Of a stretch of DNA of 49,410 bases, positions 39,104 through 48,331 are shown piece after piece; the stretch's first letter is position 1; each line of letters begins with the position of its first letter. The notes under the pieces are model-generated. The model was given only the letters and a program-made list of their open reading frames with translations. It had not been told where the DNA came from and did not search any database. A program made the translations under genes and the position numbers. The stretch is from an uncultured Paludibacter sp. (GTDB lineage: Bacteria; Bacteroidota; Bacteroidia; Bacteroidales; Paludibacteraceae): contig CAYVWK010000002.1 in assembly GCA_964455235.1 (NCBI GenBank), positions 1-49,410 on the forward strand, written 5' to 3'.

Positions 39104-40081
39104 ATGAAGCATATCGCTATTATCGCAGGAGGGGATTCCTCAGAAATTGTAGTCTCTCATAAGAGTGCTGCTGGCTTACTTTCTTTTATTGATAAGACAC
39201 GCTATCATGCGTATAAAGTGGTTATAACCAAAACTTTATGGCAAGTTCATCTGTCTGATTCTATTCAAATTGATATAGATAAAAACGATTTTAGCTTCAC
39301 ATATCAAGATGAAAAAATCAAGTTTGATTTTGCTTATATCACCATACACGGAACTCCTGGCGAAAATGGTATCTTACAAGCTTATTTTGAGCTACTTAGC
39401 ATTCCTTATTCTACTTGTGGTGTGCTGACTTCTGCTCTGACTTTTGATAAGTTTGCCTGCAATCAATACCTTAAAGCATTTGGAGTGAAAATAGCGGAAT
39501 CCATGCTTTTGCGTGAGGGTCAATCTGTTGATACAGAGGTTGTTGTTGAGAAGATAGGCTTGCCTTGTTTTATTAAGCCAAATGCGGGTGGTAGCAGCTT
39601 TGGGGTTACCAAAGTGAAATCTGCTGATGAGGTGCAAGCTGCTATCCAAAAGGCTTTTGATGAGAGTAATGAGGTGATGATTGAAGCGTTTATGGCGGGT
39701 ACGGAGGTGACTTGCGGTTTATATAAAACGAAGGATAAATCGGTGGTTTTCCCTGTCACAGAGGTGGTTCCGCATAATGAGTTTTTTGATTATGATGCCA
39801 AATATAAGGGACAAGTAGATGAAATAACACCTGCTCGTATCAGTGCGGAATTGACCAATCGTATTCAGCAACTGAGTTCGGCTATCTACGATATCCTGAA
39901 TTGCAAAGGCATTGTACGCATCGACTACATCATCACGGCAGGCGATAATATCAACTTGATGGAAGTGAATACCACGCCTGGTATGACGGCAACGAGCTTT
40001 ATTCCGCAGCAAGCACGAGCTGCAGGTTTGGAAATGAAGGATATCTTAACGGATATTATTGATAATGAACTGCTTAAATAG
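39104..40081 (+). CDS. ddl: D-alanine-D-alanine ligase
   Basis: GGDSSE, HGTPGENG, KPNAGGSSFG, FDYDAKY, EVNTTPGMT. Confidence 0.96.
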   Translation: MKHIAIIAGGDSSEIVVSHKSAAGLLSFIDKTRYHAYKVVITKTLWQVHLSDSIQIDIDKNDFSFTYQDEKIKFDFAYITIHGTPGENGILQAYFELLSIPYSTCGVLTSALTFDKFACNQYLKAFGVKIAESMLLREGQSVDTEVVVEKIGLPCFIKPNAGGSSFGVTKVKSADEVQAAIQKAFDESNEVMIEAFMAGTEVTCGLYKTKDKSVVFPVTEVVPHNEFFDYDAKYKGQVDEITPARISAELTNRIQQLSSAIYDILNCKGIVRIDYIITAGDNINLMEVNTTPGMTATSFIPQQARAAGLEMKDILTDIIDNELLK

Positions 40082-40100
40082 ATTTTTAAATAGATAGAAA

Positions 40101-41075
40101 ATGAAAAATTTTGCTGAAATATCCGCTTTAATCAACCAAGCTATAGAAGATATTAAATGGAAAAAAGAGCCTATGGGTTTGTATGAGCCTATTGCATATA
40201 CTATGTTGCAGACGGGTAAACGCATACGTCCAGCTTTGATGTTGATGGCTTATAATCTTTATAAAGAGGATGTTGAGAAAGTTATCAAGCCTGCTTTAGC
40301 AGTTGAAGTCTTTCATAATTTTACGCTTTTGCACGATGATATCATGGATAATGCAGCAATCCGTAGAGGCGAACCTACCGTTCATAAAAAGTGGGATGCT
40401 AATACGGCTATTCTTTCGGGTGATGTGATGCAAATTATGGCTTATCACCTACTTGCTGAGACTCCTCAAGAGTATTTGAAGGATGTGCTGGATGTGTTTA
40501 ATCAAACTGCTGCTGAAATTTGTGAAGGTCAGCAATACGATATGGAATTTGAGAATTTAGATGATGTCAATACGGATGATTATATCAATATGATTCGCCT
40601 CAAAACGGCTGTATTACTTGGTGCTTCCATGCAAATTGGAGCTATCATTGCAGGTGCTTCCAAAGCTGATCAGGAGTTTTTATATGATTTTGGAGTCAAT
40701 ATTGGTTTGGGTTTTCAATTGAAAGATGATTTGTTGGATGTCTATGGTGATATTGCTCAATTTGGTAAAGAAATAGGGGGAGATATCGTTTCAAATAAGA
40801 AAACTTACCTGCTGATAGAAGCAAAAAGGTGCGCAAAAGGTAAAAAAAGAGAGGATCTAACCTATTGGTTACATGCAAAAGATAAAAATCCTGCGCAAAA
40901 GATAAAAAAAATCACTGAAATTTATAATTACTTGGGTATCAAAAATTTATGCGAAGATGCGATGAAGTTTTATTATAAAATGGCAATCGCATCCTTAGAA
41001 AAAGTAGAGGTTGAAACGATTAAAATGCAAGAATTGAGGAAATTAGCAGAGGAATTAATGCATAGAACTGAATAA
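40101..41075 (+). CDS. Polyprenyl diphosphate synthase (IspA-like)
   Basis: GKRIRP, LHDDIMD..RRG, GQQYD, KTA, FQLKDDLLD. Confidence 0.93.
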   Translation: MKNFAEISALINQAIEDIKWKKEPMGLYEPIAYTMLQTGKRIRPALMLMAYNLYKEDVEKVIKPALAVEVFHNFTLLHDDIMDNAAIRRGEPTVHKKWDANTAILSGDVMQIMAYHLLAETPQEYLKDVLDVFNQTAAEICEGQQYDMEFENLDDVNTDDYINMIRLKTAVLLGASMQIGAIIAGASKADQEFLYDFGVNIGLGFQLKDDLLDVYGDIAQFGKEIGGDIVSNKKTYLLIEAKRCAKGKKREDLTYWLHAKDKNPAQKIKKITEIYNYLGIKNLCEDAMKFYYKMAIASLEKVEVETIKMQELRKLAEELMHRTE

Positions 41076-41129
41076 AATGCTTACTTTTGTAAGAAATTTT
41101 CTCAAAATCTTACAAAATATCCATTTTTC

Positions 41130-41849
41130 ATGCCTTATCGCCGATTACCAAATACTGATCAGTCTCGTTTAAGAGCGCTTCGCACTGCTATTCAAAAGGA
41201 AGAAAAAACGAACTTTAACGAGCGCATTATCAGTTTTAAAACGATTTTGGATGCGAAAAGCTTTCTGCCTATTTTTGAAAAACAACAGCTTCAATATAAA
41301 CAAGCGCTTGATAATCAAGTGAATGCTAATAGGCGCTATCAACAAATCATTTATAACGCTCGTCTTTTTATCTCTCATTTCATCCAAGTTTTCAATCTCT
41401 CCGTTATACGAGGTGATATTCGTAAAGAGCACAAATTATTCTATAAACTCGACCCAGATGTGCATAATGTGCCGGATCTAAGTACAGAAGCAGCTCTTTT
41501 AGAGTGGGGTAAAAATGTGATAGATGGAGAAAATGAACGTGTTAGAAATGGTGGTTTGCCTATCTACAATCCAGCTATAGCTAAGGTAAAAGTGCATTAT
41601 GAGATTTTTAAAGAATATAAAACTACACAGCGCATTCATCAACAAGCTACAGCGCGACAATTAGAAGAGTTGGCTAGTTTGCGCATTAAAGGAGATGCAA
41701 TAATATTGGAGATGTGGAATGAAGTAGAGGAGTATTTTAAAGATTTACATCCCTATTATAAATTGATAAAATGCAAGGAATATGGGCTGATTTACTACTA
41801 TAGAAAAGGAGAAGAGGAACTTACCAAACCGTCTCAGTTGGAGCAATAA
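41130..41849 (+). CDS. Hypothetical helical protein
   Basis: 239-aa ORF starting MPYRRLPNTD with its own -7 element TACTTTTG at 41082. Confidence 0.75.
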   Translation: MPYRRLPNTDQSRLRALRTAIQKEEKTNFNERIISFKTILDAKSFLPIFEKQQLQYKQALDNQVNANRRYQQIIYNARLFISHFIQVFNLSVIRGDIRKEHKLFYKLDPDVHNVPDLSTEAALLEWGKNVIDGENERVRNGGLPIYNPAIAKVKVHYEIFKEYKTTQRIHQQATARQLEELASLRIKGDAIILEMWNEVEEYFKDLHPYYKLIKCKEYGLIYYYRKGEEELTKPSQLEQ

Positions 41850-42432
41850 CTCGATTCATTTTAATATCATGACGAGTCGCTGGTATTTTGTCAAACAGCT
41901 GAAAATCACAACAAACGCCCCATTTTTGAATACGCTTTTTCTTTAAATATTTATCATAATACCCTTTGCCACGACCTAATCTGCGCTTTTTTCTATCAAA
42001 AGCAACACCTGGAATAATCGCTATATCAACAGACTTAAGATGCTCTTTGCTTGATTTTGGCTCCATAACGCTTAAACTACCTTTAGATAGCTCATCCTCT
42101 GAAACAAAAGGGCGGACGGTCATTTGGCCATGTTTCACAACGGGTAGGAGAATGGTCTTGGTGCGACTCCATTTTTTGATGAAATCATGGGTAGGAAGTT
42201 CATCTGAAAGCGACCAATACATGAGGATGGTTTTGGCAGCTTGAAACTCTGGGAAATGCTCGATTTTATCAAAAACAAGTTTCGATCTCTCTTGCTTGTA
42301 TGCGTCGTCTGCTTTCTTTTTTAGAATGGATACCTCATAGCGTAAGGCTGATTTTTCTAAATCTACTTTGCTTTCTGCATTCTTATCTTTCGAAAATATT
42401 GACTTAAATCCAGTTTTTAATATTGCCAGCAT
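41821..42432 (-). CDS. 5-formyltetrahydrofolate cyclo-ligase
   Basis: IIPGVAFD...RLGRGKGYYD, HD. Confidence 0.92.
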   Translation of the reverse strand: MLAILKTGFKSIFSKDKNAESKVDLEKSALRYEVSILKKKADDAYKQERSKLVFDKIEHFPEFQAAKTILMYWSLSDELPTHDFIKKWSRTKTILLPVVKHGQMTVRPFVSEDELSKGSLSVMEPKSSKEHLKSVDIAIIPGVAFDRKKRRLGRGKGYYDKYLKKKRIQKWGVCCDFQLFDKIPATRHDIKMNRVIAPTETVW

Positions 42433-42455
42433 ATAACTAATTGTTAATCAGTCAA

Positions 42456-43070
42456 TTACAATTGACCAGATTCAACCAATAAAATAACACGTTCTACTAT
42501 TTGATCATTACCTTGTGCGTCAAATTCAGATTTCAAACTCGAACCAAAAATAAATGCAACACCTTGCCAAAAATAGGCGGAGGCACTGCCACGATACTGT
42601 TTGATGAGGTTAAAGGAAGTAGAATTGCACTCCCTGTCTATCAGTTTTAAAAGTAAACGTCCTTGTGATAAAGTGAGCTTTTTTAACTCAGGCTCGTAAC
42701 GCTTGAATATCTCTTTTTCGTATTGTTTGAGGTATTTTTTTTGTTCTTTTTCGCCGTTGATGTCTAATAATAAGGTGTTTACGCGAAGTAATTCTGAACT
42801 AACAATTTTAGCATAAGGTAGTGCACGCTTGACGTCTCGTACGGTGCGCCAGTAGAATTGCTCTTGCCTTTTATTAGCAAATTTCATTTTAGGAAATACA
42901 TACACATCACGCAAAAAAGCTAAGTAAACCGTGTCATTATTGAAGACTTGAACAGCTAGACGTTGTCCTCCTTCAGGTAGTTGTGAATCAACCGAAACAG
43001 CAGCAGACGCCTGCCCTGGAATGCAGAGTAGTGCAACTGCAAATAATAGTATGTATAGTTGTCTAAACAT
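42456..43070 (-). CDS. DUF4294-like exported protein (start reassigned to 43070)
   Basis: Signal peptide MFRQLY..ASA; VKRALPYAK, SQGRLLLKLIDRE, FWQ..A.IFG.SLK. Confidence 0.8.
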   Translation of the reverse strand: MFRQLYILLFAVALLCIPGQASAAVSVDSQLPEGGQRLAVQVFNNDTVYLAFLRDVYVFPKMKFANKRQEQFYWRTVRDVKRALPYAKIVSSELLRVNTLLLDINGEKEQKKYLKQYEKEIFKRYEPELKKLTLSQGRLLLKLIDRECNSTSFNLIKQYRGSASAYFWQGVAFIFGSSLKSEFDAQGNDQIVERVILLVESGQL

Positions 43071-43268
43071 CGTACAAATGTATAATAATTGTGTGAAAAA
43101 AACAAGCCTGTCGGAAAGCAGCATAAAATATGCCTGTTTTTTATCTTTTGCACTATGCAAAACGTAAAAATCTTTTGCGCACCCTCATTTTTACTTTAGA
43201 TTTTCATATTTCCTTTTTACCTTTGAGGCGTTTTTGTTTACATATTGTTTATCTCTAAACCTTTATTT

Positions 43269-44090
43269 ATGATGAGATTTTGTCTGTTGACAGCTTTTAT
43301 GTTATGCTGTCTAACAAGCTATCAACAAGTAGCTTATACAATTCCAACTTCTATTTCAGCAGCGAATACCTCTGTTGCTGATACTGAAAATCGAACACCG
43401 TTTCATAATCCTGCTTGTTTTGCTTATGATAAAAGCCCTTCCTTGATTTTTTCCTTTGAGAATCGTTATATTCTAACAAACTTAGCAACCAAAAGTTTAG
43501 CTTTTGGCTATCCTACCAAGCTTTTTTCAACTGGATTAGTGATGTATCATTATGGGTTTTCAGCCTTTCATGAAGTGAATACAGGCGTTTTCTTTGCTCG
43601 AAATTTTGCGAATAAATTTAGTATGGGGATGCAGTTTAACTACCATACTGTCTATTTGGTGCAATCCAATACATATCGCGGGATGGTGTATCCACAAATT
43701 GGTCTACAAATTCCTGTTAAAAACGACTTTCTGATTGCTTGCCATATTTTCAATCCTTTTGTATCGAATATCCATGCTGAAAATCGCACCATCCATCTGC
43801 CTTCTCTCTATAGTTTAGGATTGGCTTATGCCTTTTCACATGAACTAAGTTGGCGCTTTCAGATGGATAAAGAGCTGAGAAGTCCATACCGTTTAGCTAC
43901 AGCTTTCGATTACCAATTTACGAAGTTTACACGCTTTCAGCTTGGTATATATCATCAAGATTATTTGGTTTCTTCTATTGCTTTTGGATTCAATTTCTCT
44001 GCTTTTTCCTTTGATATCAATACGGAAATTCATCCCATTTTAGGTTTGAATGTGATAACGCAGGTAACATATCAACTACCACATAAATAA
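43269..44090 (+). CDS. Putative outer-membrane beta-barrel protein
   Basis: Signal-like N-terminus, NPA motif, alternating aromatic strands, HPILG near the C-terminus; -7 element TACCTTTG at 43218. Confidence 0.6.
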   Translation: MMRFCLLTAFMLCCLTSYQQVAYTIPTSISAANTSVADTENRTPFHNPACFAYDKSPSLIFSFENRYILTNLATKSLAFGYPTKLFSTGLVMYHYGFSAFHEVNTGVFFARNFANKFSMGMQFNYHTVYLVQSNTYRGMVYPQIGLQIPVKNDFLIACHIFNPFVSNIHAENRTIHLPSLYSLGLAYAFSHELSWRFQMDKELRSPYRLATAFDYQFTKFTRFQLGIYHQDYLVSSIAFGFNFSAFSFDINTEIHPILGLNVITQVTYQLPHK

Positions 44091-44099
44091 GCAATTAGA

Positions 44100-46151
44100 A
44101 TGATGAAAAAGAAAGTTTTTTACCTTTTGCTTAGTTGGTTTTTACCTTTTGCGCAGTTTGCACAGTTGATAGAAATGCCCTCTAATATGGAAGAATATAT
44201 TGCAGATATCTTAGAGCATTATATGGCTGAAGCTGAAGTTGAATTAGATATAGATAGCTATTTGGAAGAGTTGATGTATCTCTACGAAGAACCTTTAAAT
44301 TTGAATCAAGTGGAAAGAGAGGACTTGCAGCAGTTGGTCTTTCTTTCTGATATTCAGATTGAAAGCTTGATGTATTATCGATATAAAGCTGGGGAGTTTC
44401 TGACTATTTATGAGTTGATGTTAGTTGAAGGTTTAGATATGACTGATATTCGGAGAATACTACCTTTTGTGGTGGTTGCAGAGATAAAAAAGACAGACGA
44501 AAAATTAAACTTTAAGCGAGCCTTGAAATATGGTAAAAATGAAGTGCTGACACGCTTTGACTTCATCCCTGAAAAGAAAAAGGGCTATATAAAAAATGAA
44601 GATGGAGAGTCGCCCTATGTTGGTGATCGGTTGTATAATCATGTGAAATATCGCTTTAAATATAAAGATCAGATGTATTTCAATATTACGGGAGAAAAAG
44701 ATGCAGGAGAGCAGTTTTGGGGTAAACATAATAGGCTATATGATTTTTGGTCGGCATCTTTTCAAATGAAAAATATTGGTAAAATTAAGAATCTGATTAT
44801 AGGTGATTATCAGGTTAATTTCGGACAAGGTTTGGTGATTAGTCAGGCTTTCAAGACTGGAAAATCGGCTATGACAACGAATATTTGCGATATGAATGCA
44901 GGCTTTAAACGCTATGGCTCAAATAACGAATTTAACTATTTGCGAGGCATTGCTACTACGATTCAACTGAATAAAATCCAGCTAAGTACCTATTATTCAT
45001 ACGATAAAAAAGATGGAAATGGAGAAGATGATGAAATTACAGGATTCTATCAAACGGGCTATCATCGCACTATTACTGAAATAAGTAAGAAAAATTGCAT
45101 CACACAGCAGCTGTTGGGTTGTAATCTGACTTATCAAGATAAGTGGTTTAAATTGGGTATAAGTTCATTGTATATGTTCTTAGATAAGCCTTTACAGCCC
45201 AAGCCTGCTCCTTATAATCTGTTTTATTTTGCTGGTAAACAGCAGTGGGTTAATGGGTTAGATTATCGATTTAGAGTGAAGAAGTTTGCTGTTTTTGGTG
45301 AAATTGGGAATGTGGATTGGCAGCACACAGCTTGGGTGAATGGTGTGACTTATGCACCCATTTCAAGAGTGAATTTGGCAGTTTTGTACCGATATTATCC
45401 TCCTGAATACAATGCATTTTATGCTCATTCTTTTGCAGAAAGCTCAGCTTCGCGCAATGAGAGCGGACTGTATATAGGAGCGGAGGTGCAGCCTATTAAG
45501 AATGTAAAGCTGAGCTGTTATGCTGATAATTATCGCTTCCCTTGGCTGCGCTATGGCGTGGATGCGCCTTCATTCGGCAAGGATTTTTTGATGCAAGTTC
45601 AATATACACCCTTCAGGCGATTTCAATTGAATGCGAGGATGAAGTACAAGCAAAATCATCCTACAAAAAAGATAGATGAAGAAGCTTTGCCGCAACAATA
45701 CCAGTATGATAAAACAGCTGCTCGTCTGCAATGCAATTATGAAACAGGCATTTTTCGGTTTAGGCAGCAGCTTGATGCGAATTGGCTTAAGTGCGAAGGT
45801 GATGCTACGACTTTTGGCTTTGCTGCTTTGCAGGAAATTGGCTTAAACTTCAACACTATACCCTTACGCCTCGATTTTAGTTATTTGTTTTTCGACGCGG
45901 TAGATTATGAAAATCGGGTGTATGTGTTTGAGCGCGATGTGTTATATGCCTTTTCCATACCTGCTTTATCGGGTGTTGGAAGTCGCTATTATATCAATCT
46001 GCGCTATGACATCAGCAAGAAACTAAGCTGCTGGCTGAAATTTTCGCAAACCGTATATACTGATGATAGAGATGAAATTGGTAGTGGCAATGAGGTGATT
46101 TTGGGGTACCGAAAATCGGAAATAAAGTGCTTATTGCGGTATAAATTATGA
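44100..46151 (+). CDS. Helix-hairpin-helix (ComEA-like) domain fused to predicted beta-barrel
   Basis: PLNLN...EDLQQL.FLS..QI...YR...G.F..IYEL..VEG; EKDAGE, FGQGLV, NESGLY, RVYVFERDVLY. Confidence 0.75.
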   Translation: MMKKKVFYLLLSWFLPFAQFAQLIEMPSNMEEYIADILEHYMAEAEVELDIDSYLEELMYLYEEPLNLNQVEREDLQQLVFLSDIQIESLMYYRYKAGEFLTIYELMLVEGLDMTDIRRILPFVVVAEIKKTDEKLNFKRALKYGKNEVLTRFDFIPEKKKGYIKNEDGESPYVGDRLYNHVKYRFKYKDQMYFNITGEKDAGEQFWGKHNRLYDFWSASFQMKNIGKIKNLIIGDYQVNFGQGLVISQAFKTGKSAMTTNICDMNAGFKRYGSNNEFNYLRGIATTIQLNKIQLSTYYSYDKKDGNGEDDEITGFYQTGYHRTITEISKKNCITQQLLGCNLTYQDKWFKLGISSLYMFLDKPLQPKPAPYNLFYFAGKQQWVNGLDYRFRVKKFAVFGEIGNVDWQHTAWVNGVTYAPISRVNLAVLYRYYPPEYNAFYAHSFAESSASRNESGLYIGAEVQPIKNVKLSCYADNYRFPWLRYGVDAPSFGKDFLMQVQYTPFRRFQLNARMKYKQNHPTKKIDEEALPQQYQYDKTAARLQCNYETGIFRFRQQLDANWLKCEGDATTFGFAALQEIGLNFNTIPLRLDFSYLFFDAVDYENRVYVFERDVLYAFSIPALSGVGSRYYINLRYDISKKLSCWLKFSQTVYTDDRDEIGSGNEVILGYRKSEIKCLLRYKL

Positions 46152-46335
46152 AAATAGAACTATTTTTTATGGTTTGAGATGACGGTCAATGAGTTGTTTT
46201 TATAGGACTTAGGAAGTTTTTATCATATTTTGCTATCTCGACATTGCAATTTTGGGTTTTTTTATCTACTTTTGTTTCGTCTTAAAAAAACGACCTAAAT
46301 CATCACAAATAACAATCATAATCACTTATTTATTC

Positions 46336-47337
46336 ATGAATTTATTAAATCAAATCAAGGAAAGAGCAAAAACGAAACTACAACGTATAGTTTTACCTGA
46401 AAGTACAGAAATCAGAACATTAACGGCAGCTAATATCATTTTGAAAGAGCGTATTGCTGATATCATTTTGATAGGTAATCCTGAGAAAATTTTAGCGCTT
46501 GCTAAGGCTGAAAATCTTCAAAACATAGCAGAAGCGACTATCGTTAATCCACAAACAGATAGCAAAATGTCTGTTTATACTGATTTGTTGTATGATTTGC
46601 GAAAAAGCAAGGGTATGACTGTCGAGCAAGCTCAAGAAATAGCTCAAAATCCTTTGTATTTGGCGTGTTTGATGATTAAAAATGGAGATGCAGATGGTGA
46701 ATTGGCAGGTGCACAAAACTCGACAGGAGATGTGTTGCGACCCGCTTTTCAGATAGTGAAAACCCAGCCAGGCATATCCGTGGTGTCGGGTGCGTTTATG
46801 ATGTTTACTCCTGCAACAGAATATGGAGAAGATGGTTTGATGGTGTTTGCAGACTGTGCCGTAAACCCCAACCCATCAGCAAAAGAATTGGCTGAAATCG
46901 CCGTATCATCAGCGCAAACCATGAAAGCACTTGCTGGTGTTGACCCAAAAGTAGCCATGTTGAGCTTTTCAACTAAAGGCAGTGCAAAGCATGAATCTGT
47001 TGATAAAGTGGTGGAAGCTACAGCTTTAGCTAAGGCAATGGCTCCTAACTTGCAAATTGATGGCGAACTGCAGGCTGATGCGGCTTTAGTACCATCAGTA
47101 GGAAAAAGTAAAGCTCCGAATAGTAATATCGCTGGACAAGCTAATGTATTGGTATTCCCTGATTTACAATCAGGAAACATCGCTTATAAATTAGTGGAAA
47201 GAGTTGCAGGTGCACAAGCAATCGGACCTATTCTGCAAGGTATGGCTGCGCCTATCAATGATTTGTCGCGCGGCTGTTCGGTTGACGATATCGTGAATAT
47301 GGTAGCGATTACTGCCAATCAAGCAATGAAAAAATAA
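46336..47337 (+). CDS. pta: Phosphate acetyltransferase (start reassigned to ATG 46336)
   Basis: RIVLPE, FADCAVNPNP, LSFSTKGS, DGELQADAA, GNIAYK, NDLSRG; -7 element TACTTTTG at 46267. Confidence 0.96.
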   Translation: MNLLNQIKERAKTKLQRIVLPESTEIRTLTAANIILKERIADIILIGNPEKILALAKAENLQNIAEATIVNPQTDSKMSVYTDLLYDLRKSKGMTVEQAQEIAQNPLYLACLMIKNGDADGELAGAQNSTGDVLRPAFQIVKTQPGISVVSGAFMMFTPATEYGEDGLMVFADCAVNPNPSAKELAEIAVSSAQTMKALAGVDPKVAMLSFSTKGSAKHESVDKVVEATALAKAMAPNLQIDGELQADAALVPSVGKSKAPNSNIAGQANVLVFPDLQSGNIAYKLVERVAGAQAIGPILQGMAAPINDLSRGCSVDDIVNMVAITANQAMKK

Positions 47338-47362
47338 TCAACTTAAATATAGAATCTACAAG

Positions 47363-48319
47363 ATGGCAAAAATTATCACGGAACCTATTGAAAGGTACGG
47401 ATTAAGTAAGAGACACAGAAAGAGAACGATGTTCTCGCAAATTGGGGTAGTGGGTTGTGGCATGGAGGGCAGCGAGATAGCTACTACAGCAGCATTGAAC
47501 GGGATGGAGGTAGTTTTTTTAGAACCTAATCAGGAGAAAATCGCTAATGCTTTCAGCCGGATTGAAGAGAAATTAGACCAGCGAATTATGAATTGGGGGC
47601 TGACTCAAAATGAGAAAAAAGCCATTCTATCGAGGGTGAAAGGGACGACTTCTTATGTTGATTTTCAGAATTGCGACTTTGTCATCGAAGCCATACGCTA
47701 TGATAATCAAACAGGTGAGCGACAAGTTGATGAGCGTAAAAAAGTATTTCAACAATTGGAGCAAGTACTAGATCCAACGGCTATTATTGCCTCTAATGTT
47801 ACTACGGTGGTTATCACTGAATTAGCATCAGAATTAAAGCATAGAGAGCGCTGTATAGGAGTGCATTTTATGACCAATGCGCCAGGTTCGCAAATCATTG
47901 AAATTGTGTCGGGTTTGTATACTTCGGAAGAAACTTTCGACAAAGTGAGCCTGTTTGCGCGCATGATTACCTATCAATATATTTCCGTGATGGAGTCATC
48001 TGGATTGGTGAGTATGAGGCTGTTTTTGACCCAGTTAAATGAGGCTTGTCAGATTTTGATGGAAGGGATTTCTACGGTTGAAGATATAGATAAGGTGATG
48101 ACGGTTGGGTTTGGCCATAACTTGGGAGTTTTTCGCACTGCTGATAATATGGGTCTCGAAAAAATCGTAAAAATGTTGAATAATCTGTATGAAGAATATG
48201 GAAATATCAAATATAAACCTTCACCTATTTTGTTGAGGATGGTGCGTGCTAAAAATCATGGACTTAGCACAGGTAGAGGGTTTTATGTGTATGACGAATC
48301 GGGTAGTTTAGTAAAATAA
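47363..48319 (+). CDS. 3-hydroxyacyl-CoA dehydrogenase-like protein
   Basis: GVVGCGMEG, DFVIEA, IASN, GVHF..EIV, NEA, DID, GLSTGRGFYVY. Confidence 0.82.
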   Translation: MAKIITEPIERYGLSKRHRKRTMFSQIGVVGCGMEGSEIATTAALNGMEVVFLEPNQEKIANAFSRIEEKLDQRIMNWGLTQNEKKAILSRVKGTTSYVDFQNCDFVIEAIRYDNQTGERQVDERKKVFQQLEQVLDPTAIIASNVTTVVITELASELKHRERCIGVHFMTNAPGSQIIEIVSGLYTSEETFDKVSLFARMITYQYISVMESSGLVSMRLFLTQLNEACQILMEGISTVEDIDKVMTVGFGHNLGVFRTADNMGLEKIVKMLNNLYEEYGNIKYKPSPILLRMVRAKNHGLSTGRGFYVYDESGSLVK

Positions 48320-48331
48320 GGAGGAAAGAAC

